Shown piece after piece: positions 14,699 through 28,000 of a stretch of DNA of 64,000 nucleotides. The DNA is taken from positions 122,946,001 to 123,010,000 of the forward strand of contig OX597815.1 in the NCBI GenBank assembly GCA_951406725.2. Direction: 5' to 3'. Within the stretch, counting starts at the first letter, position 1; each line of letters begins with the position of its first letter. Made by a program: the position numbers and the translations under genes. The notes beneath the pieces were generated by a model. That model did not search any database, had not been told where the DNA came from, and saw only the letters and a program-made list of their open reading frames with translations. The DNA is from Octopus vulgaris (taxonomy: Eukaryota).

Positions 14699-15840
14699 TT
14701 AGCCCATTTAATGTCCATGTTCCATGCTAGCATGGGTTGGACAATTTGACAGGATTCAATAACTGTATCATGCTCCAATGTCTGCTTTAGCATGGTTTCT
14801 ACAGCTGGATGCCCTCCCTAATGCCAATCATGTTACAGTGTATACTGGATGCTTTTTACATAGCACCAGCACTAGTGAGGTTGACATGCAGCTTGCAAGA
14901 CTAAGGTCACCTACAATTAAGTGGGACTGCAGTAGAGAGGGAGATAGATTTATAGGGCTCTAGGGTGAGGTATTAAAGTGAGAGAGAGAGGGCAAAAGCA
15001 GAACAAGTTCCTTGCTGTAGGGGAGTTACTCACTTAGAAGTGAGAAAAATGGTGATTAGGTATCAGGGTGGACCTTGAAATACAAGGTGAATGGAGACAG
15101 GAGAACAAGAAGTGTTAGTTGATAGAGGTTGCAAGAGTGTATGAGTGAATGAGAAATGATTCGAGATAGGGAATAGTGAGAACATGAATATGAAGAGCAA
15201 GTGTTGAGGGATGATATGTAGAGGAAGTAAGAAAGAATAGGTGACAACTGTGGAAATAGGGTAGGGTTGATAGGGGTTCAGGAATAACCAGTGATGAGTT
15301 GAAGAAGAGAGATAATGGATATGCAGAAAAGAGGATGGGGTGGTGAAGGGCAGCAGAATAGTAATACTAATCCTTTTTATCATAGGCACAAGGCCCAAAA
15401 TCAACCCCGAAAGACAGAATTTGAACTCAGAACGTAAAGATAGATGAAATACTGGTAGCATATAATAATAATAATAATAATACATCAGGCAAGGCAAGAA
15501 AGAGTGAGGATGAGCAAAAGGGAAAGAAGTTGGGTAGAATGTAAGAACGTAGTGCAGATGTAGTGTATGCAGAGAGGAGGAGGTGCAGGAGAGATAATTT
15601 GGTGGCTCAATGATTATTTGGTGATCAATGTAAAATGTGGATAACGAGAACAGTATTAAGAATGAATGATGGATAGCAAGTAGAATGGTTCTTGGTAGTG
15701 AAAAAGATCAGTGCCTTCAAGGAAAGTATGCAATTCTGCTCACATATGCAGCAGCAGAAAGGATATTACAGTTAGAAAGATGATGAGTGATGGGAATATC
15801 TTGAGGAAGAAATTATCCAGGTGGTGGTGAGCTGTTTTGC

Positions 15841-15883
<43 letters not shown>

Positions 15884-18800
15884 TGATAGGCTTCATAGAA
15901 GGAATGACAGGAGACTGAGACTCCTGGCAATTTGCTGTGCTTGAGATGTCAAGCTAAGTAAAAGTGTGGTTGTCCTTGCATACAGGCATGTCCCTTGCGT
16001 CCCCCTCCAGTTGAGCATTCTTAATCTTGTGATCTCATGGGTGCTGGTGCCATATAAAAAGCATTCTTACCAGTTCCACATAAGCACACCTGTGCTGATG
16101 CTGTGTAAAAGCACCCAGTACACTTTGTAAAGTGGTTGCTGTTAGGAAGGGTATTCAGCCACAGAAACCATGCCAAAACAAACATGGAGCCTGGGTAGCT
16201 CTTCAGCTGGCCAGCTCAAGTCAAAGTGTCCAACCCATGGAAAACCGATGTTAAATGATGAACTGATGATGATGATAAAAATAAGGTACATCTAGTTTTG
16301 AATCATTTCAATGGGTTTAATTCAGACTATTATCCCTGGGATGTCTGATCTTGATCAATAAAACTGAAAAGAACTGCTAAACTCAAACATTGTAGACACT
16401 GGATAGTGTCATGTTAAATAAACTGGAGGGTCATATCTAAAATGCCTTTAATTATAGGTGTTTAATTAGATTTGATGTATAGCTAAACAAAACTTAATTG
16501 GAGTACATGGTATCTACCCATATATTGCCAACTTCCATGTTGTTTACCCCAGGGCAGCTATGATCAAAAGCATTTCATTAATGATCATCTCATCCTTCTT
16601 CTAACAATGTATTTATACCTAGGACTTTATATTATCCTCTGCATCTTTTCTTTATGGTGTAAATTAAAAGAAATTTAGCTATTGTTTGAGGCTTCCTCAT
16701 GTCAGGTTGATATACTACATACTTTAATATATTATGTTACTTCTGTTTTCTGTACACTTTCCCTAGTAAAATTGAATGATGCATTGTCAAGTGAATAATT
16801 TTTATTTCAAGTGAACCTTATAGAAATAATTTTACACTTCTGTCTTCCAATGAGATCGTTTCCCTGAAAGTATGTTGCTAATGCATTTTGGCAAATGAAC
16901 GTTACCACTTCCTTTCTCCTTTAAAAATCTCAGACATTGTGTTAAAATTGACACTGTTTCAGTTGTTTGGTGTCATGGTAAGTTCCCAGCAAAATTAATC
17001 TTAAAATTAGTCTTGATGCTCAGTTGGAACCATTTCATTTCAGTTTCTTAGTTAAACCTGTAAAAGCACAACATTACAATTCACTGTGTTATTTTTTTTT
17101 AAATCATTGGCATTGTGGTAGCTTGTTTTTGTTTAACTTTTACTTATTAAAAAGGCTTATGCTTCTAGCCTTTTGAGTTGAAAAGTTAATCTGATTCATT
17201 TCTCTTAAGACACATCTCATTTTACCTCTCTAATGCCTGATGTTTCATAATTATGTTTGAAATTCTTTTTTTACTCAATTTAGATCCTGCACACCTAACT
17301 TGAAAGAACAGTACCGTGTGACTAGAAACTGGATTAAAGGGAGGAATCGAGAGACTGCAGTTGTGAAGTATCGTTCAAAGTAAGTTAAAACGCATTCATT
17401 TTGTATAATTTTTATATTTTATCTGCCTGCTTACAGCTGAATTGAAGGATGTCCATGACCAACGCACTTAGTTCTCTACGACTAGCTCTGGGTAGGCATC
17501 ATAAGCTTGTATAGTACATTAATGAATAATTTGTTGGTTTGTGCTAGTTCTTCATGACCTCACTATTGTCTGGAAGTCATCACTCTCAGTTTCTTCTGTG
17601 CTACTATGGAATCAGTGGTGTTGTATGAGTTTACTATTTGGACATTTACTAAACACATAAAGACAAAAATTTGATGGTACTTCATATGTTGTGGGGTGTT
17701 TTAAATATCATCAGAGAAAAGGCATTCACTCAAACTCAGACTGCACACCAATCTTCTTGCAGTTACTAATGTCATTAGAAAGAGACATATGTACTTTGTG
17801 GGACACTACTGTAAGGCTAAGCAAGAACTCGTTAGTGATATACTCTTAGGGACACTTCAACATGAGCTAGTTTTACAGTTTTATGGGGACATGGGATGTT
17901 ATCCTACTAACCTACCAATCACTATTTAAGATTATAATTGAATCAGGCAAAGCCAAACAAGCTTAAGCAGATGATGATGATGATGATAATAATGTTCTAC
18001 TACTTAAGTTCAATTCCTCTAAAGGGAAAAATTAACTGTCTGCTTGTAATAGGCCAGAACACAATCCTGGAGATTTCCTTCTCATATACACAGAGCTGCA
18101 GAGTTGTTACCCAAAATCTGTGACTCAAACTGTGACTGTGGTTCCTTTATTTGTAATTAGACTAATTATATATTTCTTACATTGATTGAAAGCATACGAC
18201 ATATGTACCCAACTATTGTCAGTGAGGCTTTTTTTTAATATTATTTATTAACAAAGTTACAAACATATGATACAACTTACCAAATTAAAAGAGGCAGTTT
18301 TTATGAAAAGGATGTAAAAGAAAAAAACAGATCAGAAAATCAGTAATGTATTTGTTTACTGTTTCAAAAATCTCAAGTTTATCAAACTCAAAACTAAAAT
18401 ATTGAACTTAAACCAACTATAAGTTGGTGAAATCAACATCAGAGGTGCTTTGCCCCATGCAGAAATTTATGGAGCTACTCAGAGGTTTTGCAAGCTCTTC
18501 TAAATCCACTGTAATGCTGGAAACCCTTCCATATCATCAGCAGGTGTCTCAGGTCACAAGCATTTCATCTCTAAGCCTGTACATTTCACATGAGTGGAGC
18601 AACAATGACAGAGCTAGTCTTCACCTACAGAAGGGTTTCACTTTTGGTCTCTTATCAACCAGAGTCATCTTGAGCTAGCTTCAGCTGCTGTGTTTATTTC
18701 CTCGATAGCTTTCCTCAGTTGTCTGGGTTCCAGACCTATTTTCTGCCAGAAATAGTCCACTGATCCAGCTGGAAAGCCACAGCAGCTGACTTCAGTGAGG

Positions 18801-21800
18801 AATGAGGCTGCATGCCATCCCTTGACAAGAGCCTCATTGACTAAATCCTGATATTTCGATTTCTTTCCCTGGTGGGAAATACTGAGTCTATCCTCCCAGG
18901 ACATTGTGAGTTTGACCACAATGATTGTTTTTGTATTCTTGGAGAGCAAGAGCATTTCTGGTCAATTAGATATATAACTCTAATTTTTTGAGATTAAAAT
19001 ATTGTTTGCATATAAAATTCAAATGAAAGCAACATGAAAGGTTACATGAAATGAAATAAAAATTGTGACATTAATAGTTGAAATGTCTTTAGAGAATTTG
19101 TTAAAAGAATCATTATATCTATAGAATAAGAATTAAATTAGATATCCAAATTCAAAATTGTTCTTGTTCCTATGAAGTGCTTCTACCAGATATTCCTTCA
19201 TAGAAGCCCTTAAATCTGACCTGGTTATTTTCAGTGCAGAAAACATTTGAAATTTTAATGCTGTTAAAATATTAGTTTCCATTTAGTTGGTGTCCATACA
19301 TTTTTACTGACTCTAGTAATTCAGTAATTGCTTCCAACTCCAACTCCCTAACCTTGCATATACAAAATACTACAGAAAACTGGAAGAAGCGTTAGCCCTG
19401 TAGATCATTGTAATTCACAACAGATTACTCAATTTTAATCAATAGATTAATTTATGTTGAATTCTGTCTTTTGCTGGAACATTGTTGTAGTGAGGATGGA
19501 GAGTTTCATGTATGGATAACTTATAATCTTCCCCTGAGAGAAAATTGCTTTGGCTTACTTCTTAGAAGAAACTTTCGCAGGCTTAATCTATGGTTTTGAG
19601 AGATATGTAAGAATTGCTTTGCCACCACCAATTATCTAGTATAATAATTTAAGTAATTCATAATTATTTTCCTTGGAACCTATTCAAGATCAGTCATCAT
19701 TGTCTTTTAATGTCTGCTTTTCTTGCTGGCATGGGTTGGACGGTTTGACTGAGGACTGGCAAGCCAGGAGGCTGCACCACGCTCCAATCTGTTCTGGCAA
19801 GGTTTCTACAGCTGGATGCTCTTCCTAATGCCAACCACTCCAAGAGTGTAGTATGTGCTTTTTTACATGCCACAAGCACAGGGGCCAGTCAGGTGGCACT
19901 AACATTGACCGTGCTCAAATGGTGCTTTTTATGTGCCACTGGCACAGGAGCCAGTCAGGCAGCACTGGCATCAACCACTCTTGGATGGTGCTTTTTACAT
20001 GCCACTGGCACAGGAGCCAGACAGGCGGCATTGGTATTGACCACACTTGAATGGTGCTTTTTACATGCCACCAGCATGAGAGCCAGTCAGGTGACACTGG
20101 CATTGGCCTTGACAATGATTTCACTTGACTCAACAGGTCTTCTCAAGCACATCATATTGCCCAACAATTGAGGGTTACTTTTAAACAAGCCAGTTATATG
20201 ACACTGGCAAAAATGTGAAACTTGAAGTGGAATTTTCTTTTTCTTGCACTCCAAATTTCAGTCACTATTTATGGACATTAAAAGTTTTAATAGTTTTTTA
20301 AAATTACGTCCTATTTTCGACTGTAGCTATACTGGGATACCACTTTATAGAGTTTAATTGACTACAATGCTTATTCTATCAGTTTCTTTTGCTGAACTGT
20401 TAAGTTAGAGAAGCAAAAACAAATCAGTGGTTGTCAAGTGAGTCAAAGGCTGGAATAAACAGCACGTGTGCACATGCACAAACTGGACTTCTTACAGTTT
20501 TCATCCACCAATCCAACTCACAAAGCTTTGGTCAGCCCATTACTTATTTAGGAGATACTTATCCAAGATGCCATGTAATACGAAACCAAAACCATGTGGT
20601 TGTGAAACAAGCTTCTCAACCACATAGCTATGCCTGTGTGAATCAATTTGTGGGTCTATAATTTATTTATTTAAGAAACTAGAGAGCTGTTTAATATATG
20701 CTTGTTTAACATACATAATGAAAGCAATTACAGTAATTATTTCAATTATTCTATTGAGACAAGAGCATTCTTGTTAACAATTTAGTGGCAGATATTATAG
20801 GAAAGCTAATTACTATGAAACTGCTGGCAGTCCATCATAAACTTAGTTAAATTATGAAAAATCATCCAGTTCATGCCAGTATTAAAAGAAAATGAGCATG
20901 TCAAAACATTTAATTTCAATAAAATAATATTCTACCATCTAAAAAATTTTTTTCATGCATATAAATACCATTAAGTAAAATTAAAAATATAAATTATTAT
21001 AAAATTCTTGTAATGTATGTTAAGTATGTTGTTTTATCTTATATATATACTGCAAAACCTTTAAAGTTAATTGAATGTACTTTACTTTATTAATGTGGTT
21101 TTGAATGAATATTTTCATGAGATGTCATTTTGATATATCTTTCAGACAGCTTCCATGGATGCATTTTGATGACGATTATAATAAAACAATGTGGTTATCT
21201 ATTGGCTCATACATAAAGTGCTATAAAGTTCTTTCAAATGGGCTCTTTCATGAAAACTGTCAACGAATGCTTGGACCATTGCCCAGTGATGTGACTCGAT
21301 TTGTATTTAAAGATTCTGTAATTGTCACTGGATGTAGGTCAGTAGTAATTTTTATTTGTTTGCATACATATATCTGTTATCATTATATGACTATTAAAAA
21401 GGCTGTGAGCTAACAGAATCATTAGCATACTAGATGAAATGCTTAGTGGTATTTCACCTGTCGCAGCATTGTGAGTTTCAAATTCCACCAAGGTTGACTT
21501 TGCCTTTCATCCTTTCAGGGTCGATAAATTAAGTACCAGTAAAACACTGGGGTCGATGTAATTGATTATCTCCCTCCTCCAAATTTCAGGCCTTGTGCTT
21601 ATAGTAGAAAGGATTACATGCCTATTGAAACTCTCTTTTTAATCAATCACTAAAACCTCATTAATACCCATATCAGAGGTTATAAAGAAACATTAGTAAT
21701 TTTATTTCAAATCAGTGTAAATATAAGTTTCATGGAGTATTTCAGTTTAAATACTGATTCTCAGTAAGGAGTTTTTATAAATCTTTGTTCATGAAAGTCT

Positions 21801-21963
21801 TGCTCTGTGTGTGTGTGCATAGACATGGTTGTGTGGGTATGGAATTTGCTTGTCTCAGATTCTATCCCATAACATGCTTGTAAGTGGAATTGGCAGGCAA
21901 AATATACAGAAGCTCATCATAAACATTGTGTGCATAAATATATATATATATATATATATAAAT

Positions 21964-22021
<58 letters not shown>

Positions 22022-24109
22022 ATAATAAATATTAGGGAATAAATCCAAATTTACAGGAAAAAAAATCAGATTTAGGATTAAATCCAATTTTATAGTAAAA
22101 TATTATATAATATTAATTAGAGACAAAACCACTATTTTGCAAAACAAACAAGGAAAGACTTAATCAATACATAAAATTTTAATAAAAAGTAAAAAAAACC
22201 GCCACTACAATTGTTTCATGTCCTGATCGACAATCTTCAGGTGGATTTCAATCTAAAATATCAATATTTTAAAATATAAAAAATAATAATTTTAAAATAA
22301 TTAAAGTATCAATGAAAAAATATAAATATATAATCTATATATAACCTATATATAATCCATATATAATCAATATATAAACTAAAATAAACCTATCAACAAT
22401 TAAATATAAAACAAAATAAAAATAAACTATATATACACCCATACACATATAACTAATTATATATAACCATATCTAAATACATACACTAAATCACACACCT
22501 ATATATATATCCCTATACATACACATAAAAACGTCTAGGCAATGATAAATAAATAAAATAGCCAAATACTTCAACACAATACTTATTCATACTCCCTCAC
22601 ACACACATACAACCCACATTCATAAACAATATACGTATACCCGCTCACACATACATATACAAACATACAGAACTCGATATATACACCAATATATTCACAC
22701 CCACAACTATACAGATAAATAAATTATGCAAATAATTCCCCACACACACACACACACCCATTCACACATACATAAACACTCAAAAGCAAAATAAATAATT
22801 CTTTGCACTTGTTGATCGAACGTTTTTTTTTAAATTATAAATGGAATAATATATAATCAACTTAAATATACAGAATCTACTACAAAACACCAATAAACCA
22901 TCAAGATAAATGAAACCCACATACATATTATGATAAAACTCCCCCTACCATACACAATTACACCTATATAGCAATCCCATATACACATTCACACACAAAT
23001 ATACATACGTAAAACACACACACACAACATATACGTATACCCCCTCACATATACATATACATACTTACTAAACTCGACATATACAACAATATTTTCACAC
23101 CCACACTCATACAGATATGAGTGTGGGTGTGAAAATATTGTTGTATATGTCGAGTTTAGTAAGTATGTATATGTATATGTGAGGGGGTATACGTATATGT
23201 TGTGTGTGTGTGTTTTACGTATGTATATTTGTGTGTGAATGTGTATATGGGATTGCTATATAGGTGTAATTGTGTATGGTAGGGGGAGTTTTATCATAAT
23301 ATGTATGTGGGTTTCATTTATCTTGATGGTTTATTGGTGTTTTGTAGTAGATTCTGTATATTTAAGTTGATTATATATTATTCCATTTATAATTTAAAAA
23401 AAAAACATTCGATCAACAAGTGCAAAGAATTATTTATTTTGCTTTTGAGTGTTTATGTATGTGTGAATGGGTGTGTGTGTGGGGGGGGGATTATTTGCGT
23501 AATTTATTTATCTGTATAGTTGTGGGTGTGAATATATTGGTGTATATATCGAGTTCTGTATGTTTGTATATGTATGTGTGAGCGGGTATATGTATATTGC
23601 TTATGAATGTGGGTTGTATGTGTGTGTGAGGGAGTATGAATAAGTATTGTGTTGAAGTATTTGGCTATTTTATTTATTTATCGTTGCCTAGACGTTTTTA
23701 TGTGTATGTATAGGGATATATATATAGGTGTGTGATTTAGTGTATGTATTTAGATATGGTTATATATAATTAGTTATATGTGTATGGGTGTATATTTAGT
23801 TTATTTTTATTTTGTTTTATATTTAATTGTTGATAGGTTTATTTTAGTTTATATATTGATTATATATGGATTATATATAGGTTATATATAGATTATATAT
23901 TTATATTTTTTCATTGATACTTTAATTATTTTAAAATTATTATTTTTTATATTTTAAAATATTGATATTTTAGATTGGAAATCCACCTGAAGATTGTCGA
24001 TCAGGACATGAAACAATTGTAGTGGCGGTTTTTTAACTTTTTATTAAAATTTTATGTATTGATTAAGTCTTTCCTTGTTTGTTTTGCAAAATAGTGGTTT
24101 TGTCTCTAA

Positions 24110-24143
<34 letters not shown>

Positions 24144-24696
24144 TTAAGTAGTTGAATGAATTATCCTAGTATGGATAATTCGGTTAACCGATACCTGGGT
24201 AGCAAATTCATGTCAGAAAAACACGGTTGAAGCTACATGCCAAGGGCAGAGATCACGTGCTTTCGTGTGTAAATTTGCGGGTTTTTTTTTCATACAAATA
24301 AATGAAAGAATGGAGTTGAACAACGATTTAACAAAATTCCTTTATTCTCCACATATGTTTCGAAGACTGCATATTCCTAATTTGGAAGGAATAAGGGGTG
24401 CATTATGCCGCCTTCTCATCAGGAAAGACAAGGAACTTATGTCAGCATCATGATGAACAAAAACTTTTAGATGACTGCCCATTCGGAGTCCATATGGCTA
24501 TGGACTCCGTATGGGCAGTCATCTAAAAGTTTTTGTTCATCATGATGCTGACATAAGTTCCTTGTCTTTCCTGATGAGAAGGCGGCATAATGCACCCCTT
24601 ATTCCTTCGAAATTAGGAATATGCAGTCTTCGAAACATATGTCGAGAATAAAGGAATTTTGTTAAATCGTCGTTCAACTCCATTCTTTCATTTATT

Positions 24697-24728
<32 letters not shown>

Positions 24729-24976
24729 CATATGTGTGTATTATGTATGTTATCATCATCATCATCGTTTAACATCCATTGTCCATGCTGGCATGGGTTG
24801 GACAGTTTGACTGAAAACTGGTAAACAGGAGAGCTGCTCTAGGTTCCAATCAGATTCTGCCTCCACGAGGCCCATCGTTTGAAGCTCATGCTTCACCATC
24901 ACATCCCATGTCTTCCTGAGTCTGCTTCCTCCACAGGTTCCTGCCTCTGTTAAAGTTCAGCACATCTTCACACAGC

Positions 24977-25007
<31 letters not shown>

Positions 25008-28000
25008 GGGATCTTCTATCAACATTGGTCATAATTTGTTAGATTTCATTTGTAAATTTAAAAATGGTAAATTATTTCATGGTTATAAATGCTTTGGAAG
25101 ATAGTGTAGCCAGGTCTTTGACATTGAGTAAATTATTGGTAACTGTTGTATTGACCATTGAGTGCTAAAGACTAAAATTTATTTAACAGATGTCAGGCCC
25201 TTCTCCTATGAGCCTTTCTCTGTAAAAGATGACTGTGTGTGTATGTATGTTCAGTCATGGGCTAGATTTTTTGTGGAAGATTGACAGCTGTCTGTGCAAT
25301 CAAGTCTCACTTCTCCACATCACTGATGTTCATCCAGAAGAGAGGCCAGCAACTTATGCTGATACAATTTAGCATCACTGATGTCACAGGCATTTCTCTC
25401 AGAATGCAAAATGCCTGAACAGATACTACAAAAGGTATTTCCTTAACCTTCAGATAGATATAAGATTAAAGTAGAAACAAAGTTGTTTTGCTTCATTCTA
25501 TGAAGTAACAAATGATAATTATTTTAACTATGTTATTTCTTTTCCTTTCCTGTCTTTTAAATTGTCCTTAACTGCTTTTTGTCTTATATTTTGCATTAAA
25601 CTCCATTCCACTAAAATATTGATTTTTTTATTAAATTAATTTTGGACATCAAGTACATTTTAGAATATCTATTTTCAGAAATGTTTATTTTTTCTTTACA
25701 CTTGGGATATAAAATTAGAAAAGAAAATGTTTTTATTCAAATGTGAACATGATCTTGTAACACTGTATTTTCTGTAATAGTAATTTTAAAATGTTTAACT
25801 TTCATCTTTCAGAGAAGGGAGCGTGGTGGCTTGGGATTGCAACACACAAGAGAAGCTGTTCCACTGTGCAAATGTCCACAAAGAAGATTCTCAATGCGTG
25901 GATTTTCATGGTGACATCATTGTTTCAGGTTCTCGTGATGCAACTATCAAGGTAAAAATTATCATAATTTCAGATTCTTCTGTAGTTGGTTTATTCTCAA
26001 GCCTAACAAGCTAGAAATGTACCTCTATGTGGCAGGAATTGACTATAGAAAAATATATTACCCAACATTATATGCATACTAGCAGGATACAGTGCATGAG
26101 GTTGAGTGAGGGAAAGATGTTGAGATAGGGGCAGGAATTTTGAGAAACTGTCTTTGTAATTTTGTTGTAATAGAAATTATTCATTCTAAAACTATTTTTA
26201 ATGTAAAAATAATAACCAATAGTTGTTTCAAAATATGTTTTAAGCTATAATTACATTAATATCATCATTATCATATGCATAATATTATGTAAAAATGAAG
26301 CAAAGATTTGATATTGGTTCAAGATTATTTGGGCATTAATTTTCTCAGCTAGTCTGCATTAGATGAATCTAATAATTCATTTCTGTACCATAATCTTGTC
26401 TCATCTCATTTGTGAGGTCCTGTATTCTTAGCACTAAAGTCCCAATCAAGTACTTATATTGGTTCTTTTCCCCATCTCTATGGAAGAAAACAAATGTGTT
26501 TAGACTTGAGAGAGAGTTGGGTTCCACCAAATTTTATAAATGTTCAAAATGTACCATATGTTACAATGATGCCCCTACAACTCCATCAAAACTTGAGGGC
26601 TTCACCAACTCTACCGCCACTGATTTTACATAACAATAGACAATATTGGTTCCTCTAAATAAAACTGAACTTATTGTTGATTTTATGCATTCGTTGCCAG
26701 ATTTCATTTCAATACAGCACCACACTGCTGTATGTATATATATATACACACACACACACCATGGCCAACAAAAGAGCCTTGGCATTGTCACTTCACCTGT
26801 TAGAAGTAGCAAATTCAGTATTTGTACTGAATGCCATAGAGCAGTTGTCCAAACCTTTTAAAATGAAAGATCCAGCTTGTAGAGCTGGATTTGTAGCAAG
26901 GCTGAATAATGGTCAAGTTCTGTAAAACAACTGGAAGTTTGAGAGAAATCTATCACATGCCTTTAATTACTAGAATTACCTGTAAGACCAAAATCTGCAA
27001 CCACCAAAGGGAATAACTTGGTTCTAATATATCTCCTGTTAAAAGTTTTAATATTTTAAAATTTATATAATCTTTATCTTTCATGCTGTATTGATGTTTC
27101 CTGTTTGGAGTTAGATTTTTAAAATGTTTAGCATAGAACTCATCATTATCACCATCATTGTCATTATTGATGATGAGTTCTATGCTAAACATTTAAAAAA
27201 TCTAACTCCAAACTGCAAACATCAATACAGCGCGAAAGATAAAGATTATATAATTCCAGAAATATTAAAACTTTTAACAGAAGATATATTAGAACCAAGT
27301 TATTCCCTTTGGTGGTTGCAGATTTTGATCTTACAGGTAGTTCTAGTAATTAAAAGCTAGTGATAGATTTCTAGAACTTGTGTCAATAGTTGATAATTTC
27401 ATTTATGTCATCCAATTTTTTTTATGGCTTGAAAGTCTTAAACCTTTAAGAGAGTTCAAATGAAATCAATGTTATTTTAATTTTATAATATACTTATCAG
27501 TTTAATAATATACCATTTACCAGCAGTTACATGTTCATGTCAGCATTAGCAACCACTTATACGTTTGTTTTATATTCCAGATTTTAAACATGCAAGAGAA
27601 AGACAGCAAGAGACAAGTTCGAGCAACACTTCATTCTGAAGATCGTCTATGGTCTGTGGCAATGAATCCAGATGGAACGTAAGCATGTAACTCTTTGAAC
27701 TTTTTTATTTTAGTTTTGTATGAGGAGAAAGAGTATTGGCCATATGTTGTAGGCATGATTTGCTTATGTTAGCAGTGAACAGAGCATAACAATTCAAAAC
27801 AAAAGATATTGGAGATTTTTATTCTTGATATAAATTAAAGACTTCTATGTTTCACTTAACAGATGTCAGGCCCTTCTCCTATGAGCCTTCATCTGTAAAA
27901 GATGACTGTGTGTAGTAATTTGATAGTGTTTCAAAAAAATATTTTGTTGATGATGTACTTACTGATTTCTTTCTAATTGATGATTTATCCAGGTCTTTTA

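Larger units (their letters stand above)
22104..24122. repeat. Large fold-back palindrome (about 1010-bp arms, 4-nt loop CAGA at 23112-23115); probable Penelope-like terminal repeat in inverted arrangement
   Basis: 22104-23111 is the reverse complement of 23116-24122 with only scattered mismatches and indels. Flanked by (TA)n; a hammerhead motif is present in each arm. Confidence 0.92.
24296..24697. repeat. Second fold-back palindrome (199-bp arms, 4-nt loop TGGC at 24495-24498)
   Basis: Arms are reverse-complementary with 4 substitutions seen; the right end abuts (TA)n. Confidence 0.93.

Noticed and set aside
19855-20110. Regularly spaced 66-bp repeats resembling a CRISPR array
   Set aside because: The whole unit is repeated with no unique spacers; it is part of a retroelement tail in eukaryotic DNA and there are no cas genes.
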